Below, in pieces: positions 25,435-39,000 of a stretch of DNA of 64,000 nucleotides (positions within the stretch are counted from its first letter, which is position 1; each line of letters starts with the position of its first letter). The notes under the pieces were generated by a model, which did no database searches, was not told the DNA's origin, and worked only from the letters and a program-made list of their open reading frames with translations. Origin of the DNA: Raillietiella orientalis (lineage: Eukaryota); NCBI GenBank assembly GCA_036172245.1, contig JAYWIR010000007.1, forward strand, positions 4,030,001 through 4,094,000, read 5' to 3'. A program made the translations under genes and the position numbers.

Positions 25435-26102
25435 CTCCAGACCTGGCGCCCGTCCGCTCATCGTCACCACGGAGATGCAGACAGCCTCCCAAGTCTGCCG
25501 CGGTGGGGAGGAAGGGGGAAGGGAAGCTGCGTGGAGGGGAACCCTGGTAGGAACCGACGCTGGAAGTTCCGAACACGCGTGAGGAAGGAAGGAGCAGGGG
25601 GATCAAGGATTCGGCAAGAGAGGAGTCCCCGGGAAGCCCGGGGGAGCGCAACAGGAAGTCTCTGAGGTGCTTCGCGGGTGAGTGCGAGAAACCTCTCCCC
25701 TTCCCGCAAGGATGATCCGCTGTTGACGGTGGGGGAGCAGAAGGGGAGCTGAGGGCTTCCCCGGGACGGGGGAGGAAGACTGGGGAAGGGAAGGTGGCAT
25801 CGACTCGGGAAGAGGAATCCCGAAAGCCTCTCACGGTGTGGCCAGGGCCGCGTCTCCGCGCGCAAGAGGCGTACTCCCACTATGCCACCACCCTCCCTGT
25901 GCTGGAGGAGTTCCTCTTCTGCCGAATCCCTGCCCCCCTGCTCCTTCCTTCCCCACACGTATTCAGAACTCCCAACCTCGGTTCTTACCATGGTTCCCCT
26001 CCACGCAGCTTCCCTCTCCCCCCTTCGTCCCCAGAGCGGCAGACTTGGACAGCTGTCTGCATCTCCGTGGTGACGATGAGCGGACGGACACCAGGTCTGG
26101 AG
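25435..26102. repeat. Long inverted repeat: arms ~25435-25628 and ~25905-26102, spacer ~275 bp
   Basis: Arm 1 ctccagacctggcgcccgtccgctcatcgtcaccacggagatgcagacagc...ggaaggaaggagcaggggg aligns to the reverse complement of arm 2. A manual count gives about 19 differences over the ~167-bp core. Confidence 0.95.
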
Positions 26103-29100
26103 CGGGTCGCCGAAAGGGGACCGGCGAAAACGGGAGCTCTCCATCCGCCTTCTGGGCGAAGGTCAGGAAGAAGCTGAGAGGTTCTGTTGCTTCGGATGCT
26201 GGGGAGTCCCAGCTACTCTCCTCTTCTCCTGAGGGGTATTCAGTAAGAGCGGCTCAGGGAGGGGGAGGGGAAGGAGAGCACTCGGAGGCTGCCGCTCTTG
26301 ACGACAACCCTCTCTGCTTGATTTCTCCCCTCCTCTCAGAGAGGGGAAGCACCTCTTTATCCCGAGCGTGCTACCCTCCCCCTCCCCCCACACGTCATCC
26401 TTTGCGCAGGTCCTCTGCTGAGCTTCTGGGAAGAAGAGGGGGAGCAGGTGGCCCGCCGGGAGTCGGGAGGGAAAGGGCATCTCCACGAGAGCTTTCTTCC
26501 GTCCCTCGATCCTCCTTCCCCCGTTGGTGGGGTGTCGGCCGCAAACGCGCACATGAGCGCGCTCCCACGGGAACAGGTCGGCTGAGGATCCCTCCTCCCC
26601 ACTGCGTGGGGCGACGTACTCCCGACCCTCCTTCCTTTCCTCCCCCATTCCCTATCTGGAGGCAAAGAGGGGCGAGTTCCGGGTTCCTTGGCGGGACGCA
26701 GTGTTCCCATCCCCTCTTCTCCCTCCCCAAGAGGTCACCTGGGGAGACGCGGCAAAGAGAGAGCGAAAGAGGTAGAGGAGGAGAGACGACAGAACCTCCT
26801 TCTCGATCTTTTTCACTCTTTCCCTTCTTCCTCCTCCCCAAGGAAGTGGCGGAGAGCGAAGGAGGACGCATGAAGAATCGGCGAGCAGGCGGAAAGGTTC
26901 ACCCGCATTTTCCCGGTGTCAGGAGGGCGGGGCGCCCTCGTAAGTACTCTGCCCTGCCCTGTCCCCATGCCTCCCTCGCTCAGCTCCGCCTTCTGGGCGG
27001 TTCGAGTCGGAGGAGGGCAAAGGAACCACGAGAGCACGGCAAAAGAAGGAGGCCGCCAAGGGCCGGGGGAGACGCTCCAGGCAAACGGCAGTGGCGATCG
27101 GACGCGAGCGTTTCGGCTCCTCGGGCCCCTCGCGGAGGCTGAAAGCCCAGAGTTCATCCGGGAGGAAACGGAAAATTGAAAGAAAAAGGGAGCGGCGTAA
27201 ACGAGCGGGGAGAGGAAGGAGAGGAGCAGGATGACACGTTTCCCGCGGAGCCGCAACGGGAGATGAATTATTCAGGACGCTTACACAGCAACCTCCTTCA
27301 GGTTTCGCTCGTTTCTGGAGCCGGGATGATTGCCGGGATGCAGGGGGAGGGGGGGTAGCGCTCGCTGACGCGGGACGGAAACCCCCCGCTCCTGATCGGG
27401 AAACGGGAGAGGAAGAGGAGAAGAAGCAACACGCAGCGCTCAGCCGCACTCGTGTCCCCTCTCCCCCTTTCCACTCCCCTCCTCTTCCTCCATCCGGACT
27501 TTTCCTCGTCCTTTCCCTTCCACCTTTCCTGAGCTCCTCTCCCGACGGGATCCAAATGGGCACTACTTCGATTCCCAGCCTCCCTTGATCCTTCCTGCCT
27601 CCTCACTCCTGTGAATCGTTACTCGCCCTCTTCCTTTGGCCCTTTTTTTTGCCCAAGCAACGAGATCATCGGACGAGGGGAGGTAGCGAGTGGCAACGTA
27701 ATGAATCCTCATCTCCCGGCGCCGTCTGATGCCACCTCCCCGTCCTACATGGAAGGCATTGCGCCTGTGGCTGTGGCCCCTGCCTACCCCTTCCCATCTC
27801 GCATTTTCCTCCTCCCCTCCACGGGTGATCCCGTGGAGGTTTTGCTGCCTTCATTTTCCATTTCCCTCCTCCTTCCATTGGGTAGGAAGGGAGGAAGGAG
27901 GAACTTTGGGCAGTGCACCGAGAACTCCTCCTTCCTTCAGAACGAATGGCTAGGATCATGGCGCACCTCGCCTGCTCGCTTTCCCGCGTGGGAATGAGAA
28001 GCAAAGCGGCCAGAGGGTCCCGCGTTTGACTGGAGTCTTTCTCCCCTTCTCCCTTTATGAGCTCCAGGCGTCCTGAAGCGGCACGCTCACCGCTTCAGGG
28101 CACCTGGTGATGTCGCCGCCGAGGTGGCAGCAGGGGTCGGTGCTCATCACCCCTGAAGCCCCACCCCTACCATCGTGCTCCTGAGATTTGTGCAGCTCCT
28201 CCTTCCGCCCTCAGCCACTCGAAGGCAGACCAGAGGAGGCCGAACCGAGTGGAGGAAGATGCCCCCCTCTTCCCTTTCTCTTCCTCTTTCTCCCCCTCCT
28301 CGCCTCATTCAGGAGCCGCCCTTTCCCCAGAACGGCAACGCAACAGAATAAATGCGCAGCCTTCCCGTGGAAGAGAAACGTACCGCGAATTGGATTCGCC
28401 CGTTATCTCTTAGGCAGCTGCCGGGAGAGGACGAGCAGCTCGGGGAGTTATCTCGTCGTCGTTCTCTCAGCTTCTTCGCCGACTGTAGATTAAAAAGGTC
28501 GGAGGAGCATCGGCGAGCCCGGTGGGCACAAGTTTTCCGGGCCTGCATGAGTCTGTTAGTCCCATCCCGTCCGGAGGGGGAAGGCCACGACCGGTGGGGT
28601 CAACGGGAAAGGCCTGCGCGAGGGAGTAGGGCTGCCCTCTCTGCGAGTCCCCACCAGCAGCCGCTGGAAACGCTCGCAGTGGAGCAGAGCTGCCCCTTGC
28701 AGGCCAAGGGAGAGGCGGCAGCGATGCGCAGCAGCTTCCAGAACCTGTCGAGCGTCTCCATCCAGCATCTACTCGGGGCGGCCTGCCGCCTACGCTTTGC
28801 TGGTCGGCCTCGTCGGAGTCGTCAAGCACGGCACGGAAGTCGCTCCATCGAAACGGTCGTCTCCTTCCTCGAGGCAAGAAAAGGGTTCGATCCCCGACGG
28901 AGGCTCTCCCCCCTCTCTCCTCTCCTCCTTCGAGGAAGAATCATCCCGCACCCAGACGGGGAGGCTCGCACCACGCCAGGAACTGAGAAACGCACCTCAT
29001 CCCTCTCTCTCATTCCATTCCGCAGGCGAGAAACAGGGACAAGCCGTGCTGCCTTCTGATTTCCACCCGGACACGCCAGGGCGTTTCTTAGAATTAAAAG

Positions 29101-29369
29101 GAACCTCATATCCTGTGGTAGGACACGTGGTCCTACCACACTCCGCCTGTCCACGGACCTGCCAGGTCGATGGTGCGCAGACTGGCATAGGTCACCTCGG
29201 CAGCGGAAGGGGAGGGGAGAAAACGAAAAAAAAAAGAAGAAAGAGCAAATGAAAATAAATAAAATCCTCCGGAAGAGTCGGGAGGTCCTGTCCGATGGAG
29301 GGAGTCGGCATCGTTTACAGGATGCCGGCTAAGTCCTCCCGAATAGGTCCCAGGTGAGGCCATCTGGCT

Positions 29370-30200
29370 GCCAGCCGCAGGAAGCGAATTGCGAGATGGA
29401 CGGCGTCCCTCTCGTTTCCTCTTCCGTCGGCTTCGTTCCTGGCCGGCATAATGCCGCGGATGCAGAGAAGGGCTGCAGAGCGTACCGCACAAAGAAAAGT
29501 CGTAAAGCGTCTCTGGGGGTGCCAACCGGGTCTGGATGGCCGTCCCGAAACGTTCCCGTAGGGAACGGATGGCAACACAGACCGCGAACAGGGATTCACC
29601 TGCCTGTTGCCTGCACCTGCCACAGTCCGGAGTCGCCTTCCTCATCAGATGGTGTCGGAGCGCGTTGCAGGGAAGACCCCAATGCAACAGCAGAAGTGCC
29701 GGACTGTATTCCAGAGGGGACCGGATCGTAGGAGCAGTCGAAGCGCCGGATGCCCTCCGGCGGTTTCCTGTCGTGCTCGTGTGGCAGCATTTTCGCTTCC
29801 GGTGAGCTCCTTCCGAGCAGGGAGACAGTTCCCTCGACAGTATCCAGGAATGAGGCAAAGGACTTCTGATCGCCTCTGGTTGTGGTGATGGTCTCGAGCG
29901 TGAGAGGACGGTCAAGGCGGGAGTGGGAATAAAAATCCCTCCGCTCTTCCGGAATTGGAGAAAAGACGGGCGCCCCAACACTCGTCCCGAGGGGTCCATT
30001 CGCCTTGAGGCTCCCTTCGTCCCCTTCCTCTGCAGAAAAGTGGCATGGAACGAGCTATCCCGACCCCTCCTACTTATGCTCCAAGGCCTTCCTGAGAAAG
30101 GTCGAAGGCAGCGACAGAGGGACAGGAGTGGCGAAGAGGCGTGCGACCACTGGTCAGAGAGGCAGAGATGGAGATTTCTGGGAGCGTCCGATGCTTTTTG
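29370..30200 (+). mobile_element. Degenerate non-LTR retrotransposon reverse-transcriptase fragment
   Basis: Ordered remnants across frames: ANCEMDGVP (~apG.DGip), WMAVPK (~W...ipK), QGFTCLL (~yRpItcL), WQHFRFR (~Q.GFR), VKAGVGIKIPPLFRNW (~GVpQG..lsPlLFn), HWSERQRWRF (~W....gl.fn). Confidence 0.35.
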
Positions 30201-31299
30201 GGACGACGAAAAGGCCGGGATCCGGGGCTTTCCCGATGAGTGGTCCACAGTTCCTGCATAAAAATTAGCACCCACGGACGAACTTCTCTGTGTCTCTGGA
30301 AAGGGGCTCTGAGTCCTCCTGGGATCCCAAGCGTGCGCCCTACGGAAGAGTAGCTCCTCCTTCCTCAAGAATCCTCTTCTCTTCTCCTCGGAGAAACCGT
30401 CGAGGGGACTCCTCAGCAAAGACACGACAGTGGCCACCGGAGAAAAGCACGGTCCATGGCGTGAGTTTCTTCCGGGACAGCAGAGGGAGCAGTGGCCTTG
30501 CGCGCCGAGCGCCGCAGTCTCCTTCCGCTGCTCGCGTCGTTGGGAGAGCGAGGGACGTCTCCCCTCCTCCCCCGTCTTAGACCTCCTGCTTCCCAATGCG
30601 CGCGGTGTCTTCCGATTCTGTTCGGAGGCAGCAACTTGTAGGAGGGAGCGAAGCCGCACCAGTGGTGGGCAACACCGCATCGGAGGTGGACGATGCCGAG
30701 AATGCGGCTACCGGAAAGAAGAGTTCCAGCGTTTCTTCGGGACCAGACCGGCGACGGAGACGGTTCCTCCACCCCGTCCATCCAGAAGGGACAAGGAGGA
30801 AGGGGAAGCACAGAAGGGGAGCCTCCGTCGCCGAGCAGATGGAGGGCAGAGGAGGGGAGGAGGGCTCCGGGAGTGTCTTCTCCCTCACCCCACCCTGGTC
30901 TCCTTGCACTGCGAGAGGATGAAGCGGCTCTTCTCTGCAGGCGTGGAGGACGCAAGGGAGAGGAGATGCGTCGAGGGAGGCTGAAAACAGTGGCTGGGAT
31001 GGTAGTGTGAAGTGACGCGTCCCTCCTGGGAGAGACCGGTCTGGAAGAAGCCAAGACCAGACCAACTTTGCTCCCGTTGCGGATGCCATGGGGAAAAAAA
31101 GTTGCGAGAGAGGTGGTGGGGTGGGGTGGGGTGGGGTGGAAAGAAGATAACCCATTGCGTCTTCAGCAGGCTACAGAAGAGAGAAGTGACCCTGCCTCGC
31201 TTCCTGGCGGCCCCCCGCTCTCGAAGAGAAAACTCCCTCTCCCCTTCCCTCCCCTTTCCTTCTCCCTGAGCTTCCCGTGACCATGCACTCCTCGGATCA

Positions 31300-31470
31300 C
31301 AACTAACGTTCCAAAGCATCCTGAAGTATCAGCAAATCGGTGCACAACGCGGGTGTGTCTGTGCAGGAGGTGGAGGGAAAGGGAGCGAAGGATGAAGACA
31401 TGTTGAAGAGAGAGGGGGAGGGGAGGAAGGGGGAAGTGCAGGTCGGGCCTTAGTCTCAAAGCTCTTCCAC
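31300..31470 (-). mobile_element. Short RT-like fragment (domain 4-5 region)
   Basis: LRPDLHFPLPPLPLSLQHVFILRSL...VVHRFADT resembles 'GvPQGs.LsPlLFn.....l......fADD'. FADT is at 31325-31336. Confidence 0.25.
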
Positions 31471-33419
31471 TCTGCTCCCAGCTTTCCTCCTTTCTCCTCA
31501 ATCCTTCCTCTCTTCCTGTCTGGCTATCCCTGCCCCTGAAAGTGCACTGCGCACGATGGCTCCCTCTTCCACTCCTCGGGAGGGGAGTGATGTCCTGAGG
31601 CATGGAGGTCCGTGGCCTCTCATGCAGGGTGCGCGCGCCGCGCGAGTGCAGGGGAGGAGACGACGCTACCGTCGCCTCCGTAGAGGGAGGAGGGGGACTG
31701 GGGAGTAAGGAGGGAGCAGAGATATGGAGTGGGGGTACTGTCGATTTCCTTCCTCTTCCCCATTCCCACCTCGGGCGCTCGAGCAGCCACCTTTCCCATG
31801 TGGGGTATTTGCCTCCGTGGCAGACGTGCGCACGCATGTACGTTCTCCGTTATCGTCCCCCCTAGAAAGACGAATGCTTTCTCCAGAGGAACGGAAGCCG
31901 GAGAGGGGAGGGTGAGGAGGAAGAGCAGAGTTGGAGGCATCTCCCATCCGCAAGTGTTTTCCTTCGATCCCTGATATTCCCGTTTATTCGGTGCTGGATC
32001 TCCCTGCCGGCGTGCTCAATAAATAATGAGATCTGCGTTTGCCTGAGAGTCCTGTGTTAGCGCCCCGTGGGGGATTCGAGCCGAACTTCACCGAAAAGTT
32101 TCAACGGGAGGCGGGCGGGAGGGCCGGCGGGGAGGGAGGAGAGGAAAGCAGGAGAAGGAGACAGCGGCTGGAGGGAAGCGACCGCTCCCTTCGAGCTCGG
32201 CCGCGGTCGGTGGGCGTCTGCCGTATGCGTGAGGGGAGGGTCGCGAACCTTCGGCTCCGCCGAGAGACGCAAGCGGACACACGAGATCCACTGCGAATCT
32301 GTGGACATCCATGATGAAGGGGGAGGGCTCCACACCCAAAACGAATGGGTGTAAAGATTCCTTTTTCCCCGGGAATGCCGTGTGCTCGAACACGTTCGCT
32401 CCCTTTCCGACATGCTCCGCCCGTTTCCTGGGAAAATTTCGACTCCTCCAGCACCTTGCCAACTCTCTGGAATCCCAAGATCCAAGAGGTCCCCTCGCAG
32501 AATCTCTCTCCTCCCCCTTCCCCTGGCGACGGCAGACTATATTTCCTGAGAAGCGAAGCAGGGAGCGGCCGATGGTCCTGCCCGGTGATCGCCCTCCTTG
32601 CGTATCGTGCCTGCCTCTTCCGAAGCCGTCGACGAGCACCCCTCAGGGCAAGGTGACCCACGGCGCCCCCTTCTCACTCGCCCCTGGACAGCCGTATCAA
32701 GGGCGCGCCTTTGAACGTGCTCCCGGCGCGGTCGAACGTGGCCGGCGGGGTCACCAACTAGTCCCGCATGCGTGGAGTACAAGTCGCTGTTCGGGGATGG
32801 GATGGGATGAAGGAGGGGAAGGGGAGGACTCCTACCCACCGTAGAGAGGCCCCGGGAAGACCTGGAAACCGATTTCTTATCCGTTCCACGCGTTCGCGCC
32901 CGCGCGCGTACCATCACCTCCTCTATCTGCCTGGGGAGGAGCCTCCTGCTCCCCTCCCCTGCTTTGAAATCGCCTGGAAGGAGAGGATTCCTTGGTCGGG
33001 GAAACCGATCGCTCCTGGTGCAAGTCCGAGCCGAGAAATGCGGCCTGAAGCGAGAGAGCCTGAAGGTAACGGGTCCCCTCGGAGGAGCGGAAGGGAGGAA
33101 TCCCGGAGGAACGCGCAGGGAATTTCAGGGAAGCGATTTCCGGATGCAGTCCGACGCGACCCTCCCGGTTCGTGCGCAAGCGCCAAGGAACAGAGAAGCG
33201 GTCGCTCCGGAGAGGTTCGGTGGGCAAAGGGGAACGCACGGGAGGAGGAGGGGTCGCCGACTGGGTTACCTCTGACCCGAAGATTGGAGCTTCCGCTTCT
33301 GAAGGAAGCAGTTCGGCGGTTCTGAGGACTCTGCTCTGCGCGGAGGATACCGGGAACACGAAGACCTCTCTTAGGGGTCCCTGAACCAGGGGACCAACAA
33401 GAGGACCAAGCGAGTAGGA

Positions 33420-33960
33420 ATTTCATCTCCAGTGGGAACCCGTAAGGGAACCGCTCCTGTTCACTCCTCTGAAGAGAACCCCAAAGGGACGCTTCCGAAA
33501 TTCAGAAGGGGCTCTGCAGCTTCCCTCAGGGAATCGCTCTCGCTTGCTTCCTTGCACTCTGTGAAGAAACGACAATTCGGGGGGTCCCCCCAGCAACAGA
33601 GAGGGTTCCGCTCCTTTAAACAACTGGAGAGGTGCCCGTGAAGGCTGCTTCTTATCTTGAAACCGAAGGGGTCCCCCTGGTGTGGGGATCCGCTCTCCGT
33701 TGTACGACCGGAGGGAGAACTCCTCACTCCTTGATTCCTGGAAGGACCCGAAAGTCGACTCCCTTTGTTCCGGCCTTCATCGGGGGGGCCTTCGGCTTGA
33801 TCCACTGCCGGTACCACTCCCGAATGATTAGGCCAACTAGCGTCATTGCAGGAGAAACTCGGAACTCAACGACGTAGTGGTGTCAGTTCCTGCCGGAGTA
33901 TTCGAACCCGCGACGCGTGATGCCACGCAAAAGCCTCAACCACAAAGCCTCCGACGCGGG
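33420..33960 (-). mobile_element. tRNA-derived SINE-like repeat, copy B
   Basis: Minus-strand B-box GGGTTCGAATAC at 33898-33909. The body aligns by eye with 52150-52640 (same strand) and 42835-43260 (opposite strand), e.g. shared gggacgcttcc, ctggaaggacc and (with copy C) aggccaac.agcgtcatt blocks. Confidence 0.7.
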
Positions 33961-36049
33961 TTCAAGAACTGATCGATCGGGGTCAGTGCAGCTGGTGGCT
34001 GTCGAAGGCTTCCAGGAACTCCTTTCCTGTGGGATCGTGCTGCAAGGGAAGGTTCGCTCCCTCCTTACCCAGGAACAGGAGCTTTCCAAGAAACAAAGGC
34101 GTGGCTGGATGCGAGGGACGTCCAGATGAGCAAGTACTTCGTGACGTACCTTCATTTTCGGGAAACTCGCAATCCGCAAGCATTGCTCTGAGGGGCAGTA
34201 GTGACCGCTGTCCGGGGAGGGTGCGATGATCGGCCGAAATGCCTTATCTCGGTGCTACCCTCCCTGCAACTCCGGCGGACTGCGGCATCTTTCGCATCCC
34301 TGGTGAGGTGGATCCCCCCACGCGAAAGGAGGCCTGACGCCCGAGCAGCAGGAAGGGCAGAGGGAGGCGGCTCCCCGGCCGCCTGGGCTGGGACTCTCGG
34401 GGCACCATGCTGCAGAGGTGGCGCTGCGTGGTGGTGGTGGGTAGCCGCTTGCGCGAGGCGCGACGGGCGTTGATGGACGACCGCAGGTCCCGCGGTCCCC
34501 GGGTAGGAGTCTGCGCGTTTCCCTCCGAGAGTCCCTTATTCCCGTCGAGGATCCGCCTCCTGGCTGGTGGCGTGAAGGGCGCATCACCAGAATCGTTCCG
34601 CTTGCTCTCCGGAGTGAGCGGAGCCGGATGACCAGGAGCTCGAGTGGGGGAGGCAAAACACGTGAGGCCGAGGAGGAACCTTCGGCAGCACTCGGACGGG
34701 AGGCCTTAAAGGAGAGGAAAGGGGGGGGGGAACCGATCCCTGGAAAGCTGCTCCTTTCGCCGCTGCATCATCACGCCCGGACTTCCCTACGAAAGGCTCA
34801 AGAGACTTCGAGAGGGCCACCGTGCTCCCGGAGGTCCTCCCGAAGAACTCACGCGATGGAAGGCGAGGCTGCAGAAGCACCCGGTTTCCCGAGGGCTGCT
34901 TCGCTCTCGAAAAGAAAGGCAGCAAATCAGAAACGGCGCGCTTTGTTTCTGGATCTTCCTCCTCCTTCTCCCGAGGAGGGGAAGGGGAGGAGATCCTACC
35001 GCCTTGCAGCTTGGATGCGGCCGCGGAGGCAGGCCATGTCGAAGCTGGGGAAAGGACGACGGAGGAAGAGGGATGGATGCCGGGAGCAGGGAACGCTGAG
35101 GGTGGCCGTGCAGTGAAGGATGCGGGAGACCTCCTTCCCCGCAGACGCTGATCCAAGCCCTGCCACCCTGCGCTCCAGCCGCACGCCCTCATGCGGAGAG
35201 AGGGTGTTACGGCGAAAATGGGTCTGCGCTGCTGCCCCTCCAGGTTCCGCCATCATGCCGTGCGCGTGCAACCCGAAGTGGCAACCGCTGCGAAATGCGC
35301 TTCCGGCCATGAACAGAGGTCGCGCGTGGTCACCGACGGGGAGGGGGGCTCAGCACCTGGATGACGGCGCTGCTGGTCAAGGTGAGGGCGGCGGCGGCGT
35401 CCTGCGAAGGTTTTGAGGTTCGCGCGTTCCGTGTTGTTCCTGGGGCTGCCCCTCAGGAGCAACACGGAACAGCAGCGCAAGCTGTTTCCACCCGGGGGAG
35501 TGCCCTCCCGTTCCCTCGAACCTCGCCGCCTCGGATAGGGAGACAAAGGAAGCAGCTGGAGCAACACCAGACGATGACGTCCACCCTCCAGGAGGCACCC
35601 TACGCCCCCTCGGAGGCTTTCGAGAGCGGTTCCGAGCAAACGGACCGCGCCTCTTCCTGAAGGAACTGGGATCGGGGACGAATACCAGGCTGGTGACGGA
35701 CGCCCAGGAGGGGTGCCCTAGGACAGATAGCAAACGGCCCGGTAGCGGATGGTTGAGCCCCAAGCTGCCGCGGCTGCAGCAGCTGTTCTCCAGGGCGAGG
35801 GCGAAGCGGAGATGACCAAGGAGGGAGGCCGCTGAACAGCCTCAGGAGGAAGAAGATCGAGAGCTGCGTCCTGGGGCTCACCGAACGCACAGCCGCGCTG
35901 GACTCCTGCCAGTTCCTGGGCAGGTTCCCGGACGACGAGTGACAGGGAGGACCTGACGGCGATGATGCCCATGCACGAAGGAGGACGAAGCAGGGAAGGC
36001 TGGTAGGAGAAGCAGAAAGTAAGGCAGGAGAGCAGCCGTTGCGATCAGT

Positions 36050-39000
36050 GCAGGGAGGGTAGGCTCAAGTGTGGGGAGATCCCGATGAACTCCCTGATCC
36101 CTTTCTCCAACCTGGGAACGTGGGTGGACGACACCTCGAGCCGCAGGTGCTTGGAAGAGAACGGGGATCGCGTTCACGAGGAGGAAAGGAGAGAGGGGGA
36201 GGAAGACGAAAACATTTCGCGGTCCAGAATGACCAAGTACAAGAGAGACGAACCTCTCGCGTTGCCTAAAGCCCTTGGCATAGCACTGACGGAGTCCTGC
36301 CGTCGGGAAGGTAGTCAAGGGGAACTGTGCTCTCGACCACGAGGACCAGAGACTCTGGCGCGATTCGGAAGAGTCTCCCCTAATCTTTCGCAGATCCCCC
36401 TCCATCATGTAAGGCGGAACTCCTAGTGGATTCTAGAGGGTCCAGAGTGCAAGAGTCATAGCACGCCCTTCCAACTTGGCGCGTGGCGGAAACGGGGGGG
36501 GGATGGGGGAGAAGGAGGGAAGGGAATCGGGAAAGAAGCAGTGGAACTTTTCAAGAGGGAGAGAGCAGAACCTGCCTGCAGGTAGACACGGAAGACTCAG
36601 ACTCCGCAGGGATATTTGGGCGCATCCGGGAGAGTCTCATTGAGAAGGACGAAAGTGCAGAGGGTGCAGGAGTCACACCTCGACCCGCGTCTGGATTTCG
36701 GACGCGGCGCAGCCATGCCGGGAGCTCCTCACGGCATCGCCCAGGCGACCCACGCCGGAAGAGCTCGCAGCGACTGCAGCGACGGCAGCTGAGGTGCTAC
36801 TGCCGCTCGCCGCAGGAGACTCATCACGAACCGCGAGTCTTCCGAGAAGGGGGCAGATGCTCGGAAGGGGGATCGGTTCCCTGCAGGGGACGCGCGGATT
36901 GCTCCCATGTCAGGCGGGAGCGCTCGATCTCTTAAGAGACTGCGAGGTCGGTCCAGGAATGCCTTGTCTGTGCGCGAAAAACACACCACAAGTGGGATCC
37001 TCCTATTCCAGTCCTCCTTCTCACATGAGCGGCCACGGTTCGCTCCAGCGAGCCTCCTCTTCCTCCATCTTTGGGTCCTGAAGGCTTCGCTGCGGCAGAA
37101 GAGAACGAGAGCTTCCGCGTAGCTCCGGTGCGGCGGGTGACGTCACGCCCTTCGGATGCCCGAAAATAAGGGGGGAGGAAAAGAAGCGTTTCCGTCCCAG
37201 GAGGAGAGGAAGAGGTGATCACCGGATGAATCCCGGGTTCTCCACAGAAAGTTGCCCTGTCCTTCCTCCCCTTCCGGCTCCCTGCACATCTCCCCGCCAA
37301 CCTTCCATGCCGCACATTCCCTCCTCCTCCTTTCCTTCCTCAACGGAAGCCCACCCTCGTCCTACCCTGGTCGGTCCTTCTTCGTCTTCGCTTGCCTCTG
37401 GGAATCTGATTCTTATCCACTTGCTCTCATACGAGAGACAGCTCGTCAGTCCCTCCCGATGGGTTGTGTGCAGCAGTGCACACCATGAGCCCGGGGTGTC
37501 CGACCCCGTCGGTCACGAGTACTGAAATGACCAGCCGTGTAAGCAGGTAGGACGGCGAGGGCGAATGCGGTCTGTCTCTGCAGCATCATCCCAGGATCGA
37601 GATTGAACTGGTTTAGGGTAACTTGAATCGAAGGTCTGGAGGGTGCCCTAGGTCCGAATCAGCCATCAGGAGAGACTTTGAACCTTCCATCTACAGCGTA
37701 AGGGACTGAGATTCCTCAAGTTCTCATCTGCTGCGGGTGGGGACCGAGATTCCTCAAGTTCTCATCTGCTGCGGGTGGGGACCCTTCCACCTCATCCCGA
37801 CGTGCTTTCCCGAAGGGAAGGAGCCTCTTCCTGAAAGAGCTCACTTTCGGCAGGCAGCCTGACGCCAGACTCCAGGAAGAGTGCACCACATTGGCGGAGA
37901 GACAAACCTGCATCCATCGGGAGCGACAGCTCTTCCCAGCCCGGAAGGTCAGGCGTGCGCGTACCTCGCCGGCAGATCACGTAGGCCGCGTGGTGGGAAC
38001 TGCACGAGCAGGTGCCTCCCGACCAGTACTGCTCCGCAGAGCTCCACGAGGTGACCTCTCTCAGGCTGCAGGAGGAATTTTTCCAGCCGGTTTGATGACC
38101 TTTTCCCCGTCGCTCCACGATCCGCGAAATCACCGCCGCTATCGGAGGGCTGAAAAGAACGCTCAGGGGAGGCAAGCGGACTGCCGTCGACTGCGTCCAT
38201 CAGGAGTCCTTTTGCGGAAGCACTGGCATCCCCAAAATTCCTAAATTGGAGTTGCTGAATCTGGAGGCAGAACCAAGTGCCCGACTCTTTCCGATCATCT
38301 AGAAGCCGCCTCTCGTCCAAAAAGGGAGGAGACCCGCACTGCCCAAGCAACTGGCGTCCCACCGCGCTTGGGAACGCCGGAAGCGAGATGCTCTTCAAGG
38401 TGTGGCGAGTTGTTAACTCCCACACCTTGAAGACGTTCGTTGGGCGACTTCTGACCGGTAGAAGCACGGTCAGACTGCCTTCCGAAGGCAGAGAGTACCC
38501 TCTGCCCTTACAAGGTGGCAGGTTCGCCTTGCCGGAGCAGGCCTCCGTGTGGAACACTTTCGTTGCTACCCTCCTCCGCCCCTTCTTTTTTTGTATGTCC
38601 TCCACTCTACTCGGCCAAGCTCTGGGCTCAACGTCTGTTGAGAAACGCTCTGTGGGCATCTGCGAGGTCCAGGATATGCCTCAAGGACTTGAAAGCTCCA
38701 CGTCGGGATGCCGGCTAGGGCATCCTGACGCTGGACAGGATCGGGCTGCAAGAGCAGTTTTTGCAATTTGTGCCAAACTTTGGACGACTCCCTGGTGTGT
38801 TCCCGCGCGCCTGCTGCTGCGGCGCTGCACTGGCAGCGAAGGACTTCTCTCGCTGCTGCCGCATACAGAGCGTGCCACGAGAAGCTTCGGTTTCCACTTG
38901 AAACCACTACTGGTGGCTCTACCGGCTCCTCGAAGCCCACACTTGGATCTCCTGCCGCCCAACGAACTTTAACGCCTGGCTGCAGGAACCGTTGTATGCC

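Noticed and set aside
29133..30680. 515-aa minus-strand ORF, and similar 300-430 aa ORFs at 2789, 3069, 8593, 18234, 24033, 25838 and 44348
   Set aside because: Arg/Pro/Ser/Gly-rich translations typical of GC-rich, stop-poor non-coding DNA; overlapping ORFs occur in several frames and show no coherent domains.
33985..34130. EFLEAFDSH (RT 'kAFD'-like) here, and a CCHC-like EISAHLPLDC near 45.1 kb
   Set aside because: Single isolated motifs. They are plausible retroelement crumbs but too short to call.
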